From Syntrophales bacterium (GTDB taxonomy: Bacteria > Desulfobacterota > Syntrophia > Syntrophales > PHBD01), in contig OY764159.1 of the NCBI GenBank assembly GCA_963668175.1, forward strand, positions 3,840,001 through 3,904,000: a stretch of 64,000 nt of DNA, written 5' to 3'. A program made the position numbers and the translations under genes. Below the pieces are notes generated by a model. That model had not been told where the DNA came from. It made no database searches and was given only the letters and a program-made list of their open reading frames with translations. Shown here one piece after another: positions 10,004 to 19,970 of this stretch; position 1 is the stretch's first letter, and each line of letters begins with the position of its first letter.

Positions 10004-11545
10004 CTATTTTAGTTTGGCCAGTACGGCAAAATCCTCTTTCACGTGTTCATAAATGCTCTTGTAGACGCCGAAGAGATCGGCGTACCTTCCCGCGTATTCC
10101 CGGCGGGGCTCGACGACGCGCTCGATCTTGATCACCTGCTTCGCCGCAGAGGCCATATCCTTGTGGATGCCGACGCCGAAACCCGCCAGGATGCTGTTGC
10201 CGATGGCCTCGCTCTCTTTGACCTTCACGACATTCATTCTCTTGCCTGAAACGTCGGCATGGATCTGCTGCCAGATTCTGCTCTTGGCGCCGCCGCCGCT
10301 CAGGTTGACTTCTTCCATTTTCACGCCCAGCGCATTTTCGAACAGGTCGATATTATGAGCGAAGGCGAAGGCCACGCCTTCCAGGATCGCCCTGATGACG
10401 TCCGAGCGCTTGTGGCTTCCCGAAAGCCCGAAGAGAACGCCGCGCGCATACGGGTCCCAGATGGGAGAACGCTCGCCGTTCAGGTACGGCAGATAGATGA
10501 TCCCGTTGGCTCCCGGAGGAGAAAGTTCCGCCTGCTCGTCGAGGTAATCGAAGGCATTGGTCTTCGTGAGGGCGGAAAGGCTCACTTCCTGCTGCCCGAA
10601 CAAATCCCGGAACCACTTGATGGACGATCCCGCGTTTTCCAGGACGCCCAGGGAGAACCAGCAACCGGGAACACCATGGCAGCAGTTGACCACCCGGGGA
10701 TCGAAGACCGGTTTGTCGAGAACGACACAGGGACGCGCCGTCGTGCCGATAACGTGGCAGGTGGCCCCCGGCATCACGGCGCCGGTTCCAATGCCCGCCG
10801 CAGGCGTATCCGCCATGCCGCCGACAACGGGCGTGCCTTTCGCCAGACCCGTGATGGCCGCCGCCTTGTCCGTGACCTCCCCGACAACCTGCCAGGACGG
10901 ATAAAGCGTCGGCAGCTTCTCCATGGGGATGTCCATCTCGCTGCACAGCTCGGCAGACCATTGCTGCTTCCCACCCGTCTCGAACAGGCATGTCCAGCTC
11001 GCCCGCGACCATTCCATCGTGAAGTTTCCCGTCAGCTTGTGGACGACAAATCCACCCGGCCACAGGAATTTGTGCGTCTTCGCGAATATCTCCGGTTCGT
11101 TTTCCTTGATCCATAAAATGATGGGGGCGCTGGTGCCGCTCGCCGCAGGCTGGTTGCCGGTGATCCTGATGACCTTCTCCCCGACCTTCGCCTTGATCCT
11201 GTCGACTTGAGCAATGGTCCGCTTGTCGAACTGCATAATGGCCGGCCGCAGAGGATTACCCTCTTTATCGACCGCCACCAGGGCATTCGTACAGCTGATG
11301 GAGACACCCTTGATCTCTTTGGCGTCGATGCCGCTCTGCGCCAACACTTCCCGCGTCGTATCGACCGTTGCCTGCCACCACCCCGTTTCGGCATCATGCT
11401 CCACCCATGAAATACGCGGGTAGATCAGCGGGTATTCCCGATAGGAACGGGCGACGGTATTGCCCTCGACATCAAGCAGTTCCGTCTTGCATCCCGTCGT
11501 CCCGACATCGATTCCCAACAAAAAAGGCGCACTGAATTGATTCAT
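10004..11545 (-). CDS. FGGY-family carbohydrate kinase (xylulokinase-like)
   Basis: GIDVGTTGCK, DKRT, GGMADT, YLPYLNGERSP, RAILEGVA, SGGGAKS. Confidence 0.92.
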   Translation of the reverse strand: MNQFSAPFLLGIDVGTTGCKTELLDVEGNTVARSYREYPLIYPRISWVEHDAETGWWQATVDTTREVLAQSGIDAKEIKGVSISCTNALVAVDKEGNPLRPAIMQFDKRTIAQVDRIKAKVGEKVIRITGNQPAASGTSAPIILWIKENEPEIFAKTHKFLWPGGFVVHKLTGNFTMEWSRASWTCLFETGGKQQWSAELCSEMDIPMEKLPTLYPSWQVVGEVTDKAAAITGLAKGTPVVGGMADTPAAGIGTGAVMPGATCHVIGTTARPCVVLDKPVFDPRVVNCCHGVPGCWFSLGVLENAGSSIKWFRDLFGQQEVSLSALTKTNAFDYLDEQAELSPPGANGIIYLPYLNGERSPIWDPYARGVLFGLSGSHKRSDVIRAILEGVAFAFAHNIDLFENALGVKMEEVNLSGGGAKSRIWQQIHADVSGKRMNVVKVKESEAIGNSILAGFGVGIHKDMASAAKQVIKIERVVEPRREYAGRYADLFGVYKSIYEHVKEDFAVLAKLK

Positions 11546-11568
11546 AACTTCATCTTCTCCTCGTTTGA

Positions 11569-12333
11569 TTAAGCAGCCAGCCAGCCCCCGTCGACATTGA
11601 TGACATGACCCGTAATGTAATCGGATGCCGCTGAGGCCAGAAATACAACCGCGCCCTTCAAGTCTTCCGCATCACCGGTTCTGCCGATGGGGATCTTTCC
11701 GAGAACCCATTTGGCCCTTTCGGGATCCTTGAAGAGGGCCGCCGTCAGCTCCGTGATGAAATATCCCGGCGCAATGGCATTCACCTGGATGTTGCTCTTT
11801 GCCAATTCGATCGCAAACTGGCGCGTCATGGAGACGACACCGCCTTTGCTCGTTCCGTAGATGCTGATGTTGCTAAGCCCGATAAAGCTCGACAGGGATG
11901 CGATATTGATGATCTTTCCCTTCTTTTTTTCCACCATCGCTTTCGCCGCCGCCTGGCTCAAAAAATAGATGGATTTCAGATTCACGCTCATCAGGTAATC
12001 GTAATCTTCTTCCGTCATCTCAAAGATAGGCTTGCGAACCTGGGTCCCTGCGGCGTTCAGCAGGATATCGATCTGGCCGTAATGTCCGATGGTGTCTTTT
12101 ATAACCCGCTGGGCCTCGCTGCTTATGGACAGATCGGCGGGCACAACCAGCGCTTTGGCTCCTGTCTTCTTAATCAACGATGCCGTCTCTTCCAATGCGG
12201 AGCCGGTCCTGGCCACCAGCGCCACATCCGCGCCGGCTTCGGCAAGAGCAAGGGCCATTCCCTGGCCCAAGCCCCGGCTTGCACCCGTTACCAGAGCCAC
12301 ACTTCCTTTTAAGTTAAATTTATCCAGAATCAT
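11569..12333 (-). CDS. SDR oxidoreductase (KduD / gluconate 5-dehydrogenase-like)
   Basis: TGASRGLG, NAAG, YGTSK (YxxxK), NAIAPGY, VDGGW. AAAGGAGG RBS precedes ATG at 12333. Confidence 0.92.
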   Translation of the reverse strand: MILDKFNLKGSVALVTGASRGLGQGMALALAEAGADVALVARTGSALEETASLIKKTGAKALVVPADLSISSEAQRVIKDTIGHYGQIDILLNAAGTQVRKPIFEMTEEDYDYLMSVNLKSIYFLSQAAAKAMVEKKKGKIINIASLSSFIGLSNISIYGTSKGGVVSMTRQFAIELAKSNIQVNAIAPGYFITELTAALFKDPERAKWVLGKIPIGRTGDAEDLKGAVVFLASAASDYITGHVINVDGGWLAA

Positions 12334-12411
12334 TTTTTCCTCCTTTAAAGACCGCCTACAGCCGTTGCTATTTATGTAGCGCATACGTGCCTTTAGCTGC
12401 CATGTCTAAAA

Positions 12412-12467
12412 TGTTGCATACAATTTGGGTTGACAATATTGCTATGATTAATTGTATTAATTGTCAA
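12412..12467 (-). promoter_or_regulatory. Promoter/operator of the SDR-kinase-TRAP operon
   Basis: Minus-strand TTGACA (12467-12462)-N17-TAGCAA; inverted TTGACAAT/ATTGTCAA; GntR-like box TGTTGCATACAA at 12412-12423. Confidence 0.55.
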
Positions 12468-12608
12468 GGCCAAATTTACCCTTTCCGCCTCACTGCACCT
12501 TGCAAAAAAAGGCCCACTTGCACGCATAAACAGCAGATATCTCTAGTCTTTATGATTGCATGACCGGGTTCGGATCGTTGATAGGACAAATCAGGGGAAT
12601 ATCGGTAC

Positions 12609-13490
12609 TTATTGTGGCTTGCTGTATCGAAATTCGGAAGGACACATCAGGCAGTGCTTCCGGAAGTAACGAGCAAAATAGGAGGGATCTTCAAAGTTCA
12701 GATAATAGGCTATTTCGGACACGGACATATCGGTGTATCGCAAGAGCCTTTTCGCCTCGATCAGGATGCGGTTCCGGATCACTTCACCCGCCGATCGATT
12801 GATAGTCTTACGAATGGATTCACAGAGATGTCCGGTCGTCACGTGCAGTTGTCTTGCATAATCGGATACAGACGAATTCTTCAGGAAGTCCGTCTCGACG
12901 AGACTCAAGAATCGGCGGGCCAGAGGAGCGCATTTATCATCCAGCGACATCAAGCGCAAATCGTTTGCTATCCGCAATGATTCAATCAGCCATAGCCTTA
13001 AATAAGCGCGCAGGGCCTCTTCTCTGCCCAGTCTTGATATCAAATATTCACCCTCCATCATTCGGGCAATGGACTCGAACTTTTCGAACTGCTCCCATTG
13101 CAGATGTATGACCGGGCTGCCCCCGATGGTGATGAAGATATAGAGTTCTGGGGAATAGGTCGTGTTCATTTCGCCGGAAAGGAGGAACTCAGAGGAGAAC
13201 CTTATCATCATTCCCGAACGATTCCTTGATTTTTCCCAGGAATGAACCCGGCCCGGGGCGAAGAACAGAAGTTGCGGCGTGGTCAAAGGGTAATCTTCAT
13301 AATCGATGGAAATCGCTCCTTCGCCTCCGGAAAGAATAAAGGTCTCGTAAAAATCATGTCGGTGCGGACCGACAACGTTTTGTTTCGCCTTTTCGAACGC
13401 CGCTTCAAGAGACAATACCTCGAAGTAGGGGATTTTATCTCCTATGGCCACATCCGTAATGTTGTAGATAGGAATACTCTTCTGCTTCAT
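12609..13490 (-). CDS. AraC family transcriptional regulator
   Basis: PHRHDFYE cupin-like N-domain; C-terminal EAKRLL...EIAYYLNFEDPSYFARYFRK HTH. Confidence 0.93.
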   Translation of the reverse strand: MKQKSIPIYNITDVAIGDKIPYFEVLSLEAAFEKAKQNVVGPHRHDFYETFILSGGEGAISIDYEDYPLTTPQLLFFAPGRVHSWEKSRNRSGMMIRFSSEFLLSGEMNTTYSPELYIFITIGGSPVIHLQWEQFEKFESIARMMEGEYLISRLGREEALRAYLRLWLIESLRIANDLRLMSLDDKCAPLARRFLSLVETDFLKNSSVSDYARQLHVTTGHLCESIRKTINRSAGEVIRNRILIEAKRLLRYTDMSVSEIAYYLNFEDPSYFARYFRKHCLMCPSEFRYSKPQ

Positions 13491-13830
13491 ACGCCATAAA
13501 ATGAAACAACGGCCTATTTTTGTCAACTTTTTTTGCAGTCCTGTTCATATTGTCAGGTATGCCGAAGCTATGCTGCGGAGCTATCTTATCCTTTTTCAGA
13601 CGCGGTTGAAACGGAGTATCAGAATTTATTTTTTGATTCAACGGGTAGGGGAATATTCCGGCGCCTTCACTGCCGAAGAGAAAAAAAGGATACTGCCTGA
13701 AATGCATGAAGGCCTTCCCCCCCATCGGGGGATAAAGCCCTCATGCACATGAATATCTGCTTCAAACCGCGGATTCCTATCGGATGAGACGATAGAACAC
13801 ACCGGCGGCGGATGACTATCCGCTCATATA

Positions 13831-14388
13831 TCATACGTACTCGAGTACAACGGCCATATGATCGGTCAGTTCCACGAGAATTTCGAGGTCATCCAAACAA
13901 AAAGCCGACGGCCTGTCGCTGTCGACAACAAGAACGCCTAAGACATTTCGTTCGCTTATGATCGGTACGGCCAGCTTCGATCTGATACCCGGGATGTATT
14001 CGATATAACGGGGCTCGTCATAAATATCGGCAATCAGTAGCGGTATTCCATGAGCAGCAGCGCAACCGGCAATACCTTCACCTATCCTTATGCTGAACTT
14101 TTTAACGTCGATTTCCTCGCCGCGCCCGATATGAAGAACGATTCTTAAATGCTCCCGGGCCGCTATGAAGAGCGTACATACAGACGCGTCGGTCATCTTC
14201 ATGACACTCTTCATGACGGCTTCAATGCGTTTATCCAGATTTAACTTGGATACCGTCTTTTGGGTATCTTTAGGAAACGTCAATATCCTGGCATGCTTCC
14301 TCTGATATCGTCTTTTATATTCTGTATTTTCAGAACTATCCGATAAACATTCCACTGCCGATGCATCGGAGATACTGTTGACATTCAT
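13831..14388 (-). CDS. Stand-alone GAF domain protein
   Basis: GEGIAG, DIYDEPRY, RSKLAVPI, LGVLVVDS..AF..DDLEIL. Confidence 0.8.
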   Translation of the reverse strand: MNVNSISDASAVECLSDSSENTEYKRRYQRKHARILTFPKDTQKTVSKLNLDKRIEAVMKSVMKMTDASVCTLFIAAREHLRIVLHIGRGEEIDVKKFSIRIGEGIAGCAAAHGIPLLIADIYDEPRYIEYIPGIRSKLAVPIISERNVLGVLVVDSDRPSAFCLDDLEILVELTDHMAVVLEYV

Positions 14389-14504
14389 TTTTTTCAGTCA
14401 CGCCTTCCACACGACACAACCGTGATATCGCCTAAAGGCCCTTTTTTGCTATAACCTGCCTCAGTTTCAAAATCATCTTTGAAACCATATAATTCACCAG
14501 ATAA

Positions 14505-15278
14505 CTACTTCTTCGCCGCCCTGGCTGCCGCAAGCTTTGCCTGGAGGGCATCGATGCGCTGGTGGTTGTCCTCGGAGCCGATATACGTCCTGAACAGCCA
14601 TTCCTGGACCTTCATGGCGCCGTCAAGGTCTTCGTCCAGAATGTGGTTCGCAAGCTGCTTCGTCTCCTTCAGGCACATACGGTCGTAGGAGGCCATCTCC
14701 TTCGCGATCGCCATGACAGACGTCAGCAACTGCCCTTCCGGGAACACCTTCGTCACGTAGCCCATCTTCTCCGCCTCGTACGCATCGTAGATACGGCCCG
14801 TCAGCGCCACTTCCTTCGCACGGCCCAGACCGATGATACGCCACAGCGGGTCCATGATCGGCGTCAGCGACAGAACGATTTCCCGCTGACCGAACTTCGC
14901 CCGTTCGGACGCATACCGGATATCGCACATCAAGGTCAGGTCGAATCCGCCCGCGATGGCCGGCCCGCCAACGGCGCAGATCACCGGCTGCTCGCAGAAC
15001 ATGATCGCACGGTACGCTCGGTGGAACAGCGCCGTGTAGTCCTCGTTCGAGACCTTCTCCAGCTTCCGGATGATCGTGAGATCGAAGCCCGCCGAGAAGT
15101 ACTTCTCGCCGCCCGTGAACACGACCACGTTCACGTCCTGACGCTTCGCGATCTCCGTAAAGATATATTCCACTTCCTGAAGAACCTCGGGCGCCAGCGC
15201 ATTCCCCTTGTCCGGACGATGGATCGTCACCGTCGCCACCTTGTCTTCCACATTCAACAGCAGATACTTCATGTCCAT
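14505..15278 (-). CDS. Enoyl-CoA hydratase/isomerase family protein
   Basis: FSAGFDL, PVICAVGGPAIAGGFDL, KFGQRE, ALTGR. Start chosen by GAGGAG spacing; 15284 is an alternative. Confidence 0.92.
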   Translation of the reverse strand: MDMKYLLLNVEDKVATVTIHRPDKGNALAPEVLQEVEYIFTEIAKRQDVNVVVFTGGEKYFSAGFDLTIIRKLEKVSNEDYTALFHRAYRAIMFCEQPVICAVGGPAIAGGFDLTLMCDIRYASERAKFGQREIVLSLTPIMDPLWRIIGLGRAKEVALTGRIYDAYEAEKMGYVTKVFPEGQLLTSVMAIAKEMASYDRMCLKETKQLANHILDEDLDGAMKVQEWLFRTYIGSEDNHQRIDALQAKLAAARAAKK

Positions 15279-15301
15279 AAGCATACTCCTCTATTCTATG
15301 A

Positions 15302-16441
15302 TTAGCGCAAATACTCCGCCGCAGCCATGATACGCTGGATCTCGTTTACGCCCTCGTAGATCTCCGCCAGCTTCATGTCGCGGAAGATCCGCTCCACGTT
15401 GAACTCCTTCGAATACGAAAACGCGCCCAACACCTGCATCGCATTGCTCGCCACACGATGGCACGCCTGCGACACAAACAGCCGCGTCCGCGCAGACTTG
15501 AACAGGATGTCCTGCTTCTGGGACTTGTGGTACGCCGTCGCATACGTATAGTAACGCGCCGCCTCCACATCCGAAGACATCTCGCCCAGAAGCCACTGGA
15601 TCGTCTGGAAACTCGTGATCGGCTTGCCTCGCTGCACGCGCTCCTTCGCATACTTGATCGCCTCTTCGAACGCGCCCTGGGCCATGCCCACGCATTCCGC
15701 GGATATGCCCAGCTTGCCGATCGCGATCTCCGTCGTCAGGATCTTGAAGCCCTTGCCGCGGTTCGCCTCGCCGCCCGTCGTGTTCTCGATCGGCACCCGA
15801 ACGTCTTCAAGGACCACATCGGCCACTTCCATCCCGTTCATGCCCATCTTCTCCACCAGCTTCGGCGTCGAATAACCCTTCGCATCCTTCGGAACGATAA
15901 TGTTCGTCACCTTCCCGTCCTTCGCCACGTCCTTGCAGAATACAACGATGTAACCGGGAAGCGTCGAGTTCGTGATGAAGATCTTCTCGCCGTTGATCAC
16001 CCATTCGTTGCCGTCCTGAACGCACGTCGTCTTGATGTTGTCCGGGTCCGATCCCGTCGACGGCTCCGTGAAGGCAAAACTCCCCACAGCCTCTCCCGCC
16101 ACGATCTGCGGCAGGTACTTCTTCTTCTGCTCCTCCGTCCCGAAGTCGTTGATCGTCCCCGCACAGAGGCAGTTCACCGAGATGTGGCCGCCGATCGAAC
16201 AATACACCCGAGACAGCTCCTCGATCACCATCACGTACTCCAGGTACGTGCTCCCCACCCCGCCGTACGCAGCAGGGTACTGTATCCCGTAAAAGCTCAG
16301 CTCCCGCATCTTCTTGATCAGCTCGCGGGGAGTACGCTTCTTCTCCTCCATCTCCGGGATCAAAGGGCGAATCTCCGTCTCCGCGAACTTCCGCGCGGTA
16401 TCCCTGAACATCACTTGTTCTTCCGTCAAACCAAATTCCAT
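15302..16441 (-). CDS. Acyl-CoA dehydrogenase
   Basis: FAFTEPSTGSD, NGEKIFITN, ERVQRGKPI..FQ, IYEGVNEIQR (catalytic Glu). Confidence 0.95.
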   Translation of the reverse strand: MEFGLTEEQVMFRDTARKFAETEIRPLIPEMEEKKRTPRELIKKMRELSFYGIQYPAAYGGVGSTYLEYVMVIEELSRVYCSIGGHISVNCLCAGTINDFGTEEQKKKYLPQIVAGEAVGSFAFTEPSTGSDPDNIKTTCVQDGNEWVINGEKIFITNSTLPGYIVVFCKDVAKDGKVTNIIVPKDAKGYSTPKLVEKMGMNGMEVADVVLEDVRVPIENTTGGEANRGKGFKILTTEIAIGKLGISAECVGMAQGAFEEAIKYAKERVQRGKPITSFQTIQWLLGEMSSDVEAARYYTYATAYHKSQKQDILFKSARTRLFVSQACHRVASNAMQVLGAFSYSKEFNVERIFRDMKLAEIYEGVNEIQRIMAAAEYLR

Positions 16442-16486
16442 AGATTCCTCCAGTTATATGTTTAATCCAGATTCGATCCTTTTCTC

Positions 16487-17959
16487 TTAATACCAGGAAC
16501 GCTTCGCACGGAAGATCCCCTTCGTCGATTCCTTCACCGGAATCCCCGCCAGCTTCTTCACCAGGTTCTTCGAATGCTCGATGTTGTGGTCGCGGTAGAT
16601 AGCCACCTTCTCGATCACGGGCGAACCCCCGCCGTGCAGCGCGTCGATCAGCTTGTGGCCGCCCCACGTCGACGTCATCATGTCCTGGAACAGACGGAAC
16701 GCACGGTGCTGATCCTCGCCCGATACATCCGGATTCCTCATGATGTATTTCTCCAGGAACGGACCGATCTTCTTGTCCGCAAAATCCTCCTCCGCAGGCA
16801 GCGTACAAGCCAAACCGCCAGCGATCGCCGCCAGGTGCTCGTACTCCTGGTAGATCGACTCGCCCGCCAGCATCCGGCCCGCGTTCACGTAGTTCGTATC
16901 CGGTACGTACGTCCCCGAATCCGCACGCGTCGAATGGATCGCCGACGCAATCCCCGCCGCATAGATCAAATCCACGATCTGGATCATCTCCGCCAACGTA
17001 TGACGAACATGGCCCGCATTGCCGATCCCGTTGTACTCCGCCGCCAGCGCCGTCGCTCCCAGAACAACCTCGGAAAGCGCCGCCTTGCAGCCCGTGTAGC
17101 TGTGTCGGTGGAACAACGCAAAATACAGCGCCGCCTTGCCCGCCTGCTCCGTCTCGCCGCACAAAAACACACGCTCCCACGGCACAAACACATGGTCCAA
17201 TATCGTCAACGAATGCGAAAAACCGATGTTCGAATGCGGAGCCATCAGCTTTTGACGCTGAGGTGGATGGAACGGCGCATTCACCAGCGTCACGCCCTCC
17301 GCGTCCGCCGGAATCGCAAACGCCACCGCCCAGTCCGACTCGTCTTCCATCATGTTCCGGTAAGGCAAAAAGATGATCTCGTCCGCATACACCGACGCCG
17401 AGTTGTGCGCCTTCGCCCCGTTCACGATGATGCCGTCCGGCCTCTTCTCCACCACACGCACATACAAATCCGGGTCCTTCTGCTTCGCAGGACGCCACGC
17501 ACGGTTACCCTTCGCGTCCGTCTGCGCACACACCAGACACAGGTCCTCTTTCTGCACCTTCTTCAGGTATTCCAGAAACCGCTTGTTGTACTCCGTCCCG
17601 TGCTTCTGGTCCGCATCGTACGTCGCAATCGACAGCGAGTTCAAGCCGTCCACGCCCATGCAGCGCTGGATGCAACCGCCCACTTCCTGGCAGTACAGAC
17701 GCGTCATCTTCTGCTTGTTCAAAAGGTCTTCCACGCTCTGATGGATATGCGTGTAGCGGTTGATCGTCTCGCCCGTCAGATGCGACTTCGTCACACCCAC
17801 GCTCTCAAAATCCGGGTCCTTCACAAAATCGTACGTCGTCGTCATGACGTTGATGCCCCCGACGATCGACGGATCGAACCTGTCCACAAACTGCCCTCTC
17901 TGAAATACATTCCGCCGCATCTTTGCAATGCGCTCCCTGTATTGCTTTCCCGTTATCAT
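16487..17959 (-). CDS. 4-hydroxybutyryl-CoA dehydratase-like [4Fe-4S]/FAD protein (AbfD/HpaB fold)
   Basis: CIQRC and HRHSYTGCK supply the Cys3-His cluster ligands of AbfD; also TDAKGNR, GAKAH, HGGGSP. Confidence 0.88.
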   Translation of the reverse strand: MITGKQYRERIAKMRRNVFQRGQFVDRFDPSIVGGINVMTTTYDFVKDPDFESVGVTKSHLTGETINRYTHIHQSVEDLLNKQKMTRLYCQEVGGCIQRCMGVDGLNSLSIATYDADQKHGTEYNKRFLEYLKKVQKEDLCLVCAQTDAKGNRAWRPAKQKDPDLYVRVVEKRPDGIIVNGAKAHNSASVYADEIIFLPYRNMMEDESDWAVAFAIPADAEGVTLVNAPFHPPQRQKLMAPHSNIGFSHSLTILDHVFVPWERVFLCGETEQAGKAALYFALFHRHSYTGCKAALSEVVLGATALAAEYNGIGNAGHVRHTLAEMIQIVDLIYAAGIASAIHSTRADSGTYVPDTNYVNAGRMLAGESIYQEYEHLAAIAGGLACTLPAEEDFADKKIGPFLEKYIMRNPDVSGEDQHRAFRLFQDMMTSTWGGHKLIDALHGGGSPVIEKVAIYRDHNIEHSKNLVKKLAGIPVKESTKGIFRAKRSWY

Positions 17960-18051
17960 GTTTCAAACTCCTTATTCGTTTTGATATTTTATTTGTTTAA
18001 TGACGATATTTTTTTCTTCATCCGCTCTATGCCGATCCGCCGGCAACAACG

Positions 18052-18109
18052 TATTGTCTATAATATTGTCGACACTATTGTATGTACCTCTCCGGAGTAC
18101 CATTGTCAA
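18052..18109 (-). promoter_or_regulatory. Promoter with three tandem 12-bp GntR-like operator boxes
   Basis: TATTGTCTATAA, TATTGTCGACAC, TATTGTATGTAC at 18052, 18064 and 18076; minus-strand TTGACA (18109-18104)-N17-TACATA. Confidence 0.7.
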
Positions 18110-18425
18110 GTGTTTTTTAGCCGTTACGGAAGAAATGCGAATCAGGGGTGGATTCGTGTAATACAATATAATAATTAGCGATTGACGGCATTCCGCTTAG
18201 GCATAGGCAGGGACTGCTTCAAAATACCGCCTTGTCTGGTCATCGTGAATTGGTGAAATGATATGGGGCCTGGTCCGGTTGGTATCCGGAAGGTGCTCTT
18301 CTTCTGAAAAGAGAAGATGATGTTCAAAATCCTTGCAGGAAATGACTTGGAAACTATAACCGACGAATTTTTCGACTGATTTATGTACCTTTACCTTAAT
18401 TTTTGCGGAGGAACCCGTGAATCGT

Positions 18426-19097
18426 TTAGAGAAGCAAATTTCTGCCTATGGACAGCGACTCGATGACAAAACGTTTCGTCGTCCGCACGTGAAGGATCAT
18501 GCTCTGCTCGGCGGAGTCCGCCTCTTTCTTCTTACATGAATCCAAGATGGCCGCATGATGTTCTATGTACGTCTCGAATGCCCTCTCATAACTTACCGAC
18601 ATGTTTTGATAATGATAAGTCCTTCGTTTCAGCATGACGATCAACTGGCTGATCGTTTCATTTCCCGCCTTCTCACGGAAATAGCCGTGAAACTGGGCAT
18701 TGTTCTGCAGCCACAAAGGAATATCCTTGTCTTTGGCCGCTTTGATCAACTTCCTATGAATGTCGGATAGGTTTATGATATCCTTGTTATCCATCCTGTC
18801 GACGCTGATTCGGACTGCGTATCCCTCCAGCAACGCCCGCGATTCATAGATGTCTTCAATCTGGTTTATGGACAGTTTCCTGACCTCGATCCCTTTGTTC
18901 CTTTCGAAACTGAGCAGTCCTTCGCTTTCCAACTGTCTCAATGCTTCTCGAATCGGGCTCCGGCTGACGCCATAAATATCCGACAGTTTTTTTTCCGTCA
19001 GCCTTTCGCCGGGCATGAGGTTCCCGTAGGTTATATCATCTCTTATTCTCTCATAAATGTTCTGCCGTATCGATTTATCACTTTGTCCTTCGGCCAT
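18426..19097 (-). CDS. GntR family regulator (FCD type)
   Basis: LMPGERLTE..LS..YGVSRSPIREAL wHTH; C-terminal NAQFH and EHHAAIL FCD motifs. Confidence 0.95.
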   Translation of the reverse strand: MAEGQSDKSIRQNIYERIRDDITYGNLMPGERLTEKKLSDIYGVSRSPIREALRQLESEGLLSFERNKGIEVRKLSINQIEDIYESRALLEGYAVRISVDRMDNKDIINLSDIHRKLIKAAKDKDIPLWLQNNAQFHGYFREKAGNETISQLIVMLKRRTYHYQNMSVSYERAFETYIEHHAAILDSCKKKEADSAEQSMILHVRTTKRFVIESLSIGRNLLL

Positions 19098-19183
19098 TTT
19101 CGTGCCTGTCCTATTCTTTTATTTTATTGAGTTGCCCACGGGTTCTGCGATTGCCATAAAAATCTATATGTTACAACACGAAA

Positions 19184-19226
19184 TATTGTATACGCTGCTA
19201 TTAACATCACACCTATCCGCTGTCAA
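19184..19226 (-). promoter_or_regulatory. gntR promoter with probable autoregulatory box
   Basis: TATTGTATACGC at 19184-19195; minus-strand TTGACA (19226-19221)-N17-TAATAG. Confidence 0.55.
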
Positions 19227-19258
19227 GGTAATATGGAATTGATTTTTCTTCATTCAAA

Positions 19259-19954
19259 TCATGCAATTACCGTCTCTCTAGCTATTTTCTGCAACTGTGT
19301 CGCCTGTGAAACGGATAGGTCGCTGAGTATTTCCCCTCTGTTTATCAACCTGCCGGATAACCCTTCCGGGGAGGCACCGTAGATAGAAGCATAAAAAACG
19401 CAGGCTGCCAGATATGCCCCTATCTGATTGGAATGCCGCCCATCTTCGTCGTATAGATCCAGATCGGGATACTGCATCAGAGCATTCTCCCAAGCCAGTC
19501 CTACCGGCACCAATTTTGCTCCGAGTCCCGAAGCCGTTCTCTCATAGGCTTCCGTAATGTCTTTCTGTGTCTCACGGCGATTCCGGTTTGCCCATGTCAT
19601 GTACAGGGCCACTCTTCCTCTGTTTCTTAATATCTCATCGTTCAGTCTGCTCGCATTCAGAAGCATTTTATCCGGATCATCGAGAGGACCGGAACTCTTT
19701 TCCTGAAGGACGACATAGTCCCATATTCCCTGTGCAATGAACGACCGGCTTCGCTCATTCTGCCAATGCCATTCAAGACTCACACCGGCACCTGCATTGA
19801 CTTCGACTTCCAGGTCTTTCCCTGAATCCGACGCCCTGACCAGAGAAACCAACAGTCTCGGGACATCGTGTCTGTATGTGTGACTGTTACCCAAAAACAA
19901 TATTCTGCTGCAACATGCAGGTCCATCCATACCGACCTTCTGTACCTTACTCAA
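19259..19954 (-). CDS. SGNH/GDSL-like hydrolase
   Basis: ILFLGNSHT block I, WDYVVLQE, DGRH (DxxH). Start uncertain. Confidence 0.8.
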   Translation of the reverse strand: MSKVQKVGMDGPACCSRILFLGNSHTYRHDVPRLLVSLVRASDSGKDLEVEVNAGAGVSLEWHWQNERSRSFIAQGIWDYVVLQEKSSGPLDDPDKMLLNASRLNDEILRNRGRVALYMTWANRNRRETQKDITEAYERTASGLGAKLVPVGLAWENALMQYPDLDLYDEDGRHSNQIGAYLAACVFYASIYGASPEGLSGRLINRGEILSDLSVSQATQLQKIARETVIA

Positions 19955-19970
19955 ATATGTCCATGCGTCA

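Noticed and set aside
14464..14485. GTTTCAAA/TTTGAAAC hairpin after the enoyl-CoA hydratase as a terminator
   Set aside because: AT-rich stem without a U-tract; too weak to call.
16487..17959. 4-hydroxyphenylacetate 3-monooxygenase HpaB
   Set aside because: It retains the Cys/His Fe-S ligands of the dehydratase branch, sits with acyl-CoA enzymes, and has no flavin reductase partner.
18052..18087. Tandem 12-bp repeats as a mini-CRISPR or iterons
   Set aside because: No spacers, cas or rep genes; position over a promoter fits operator sites.
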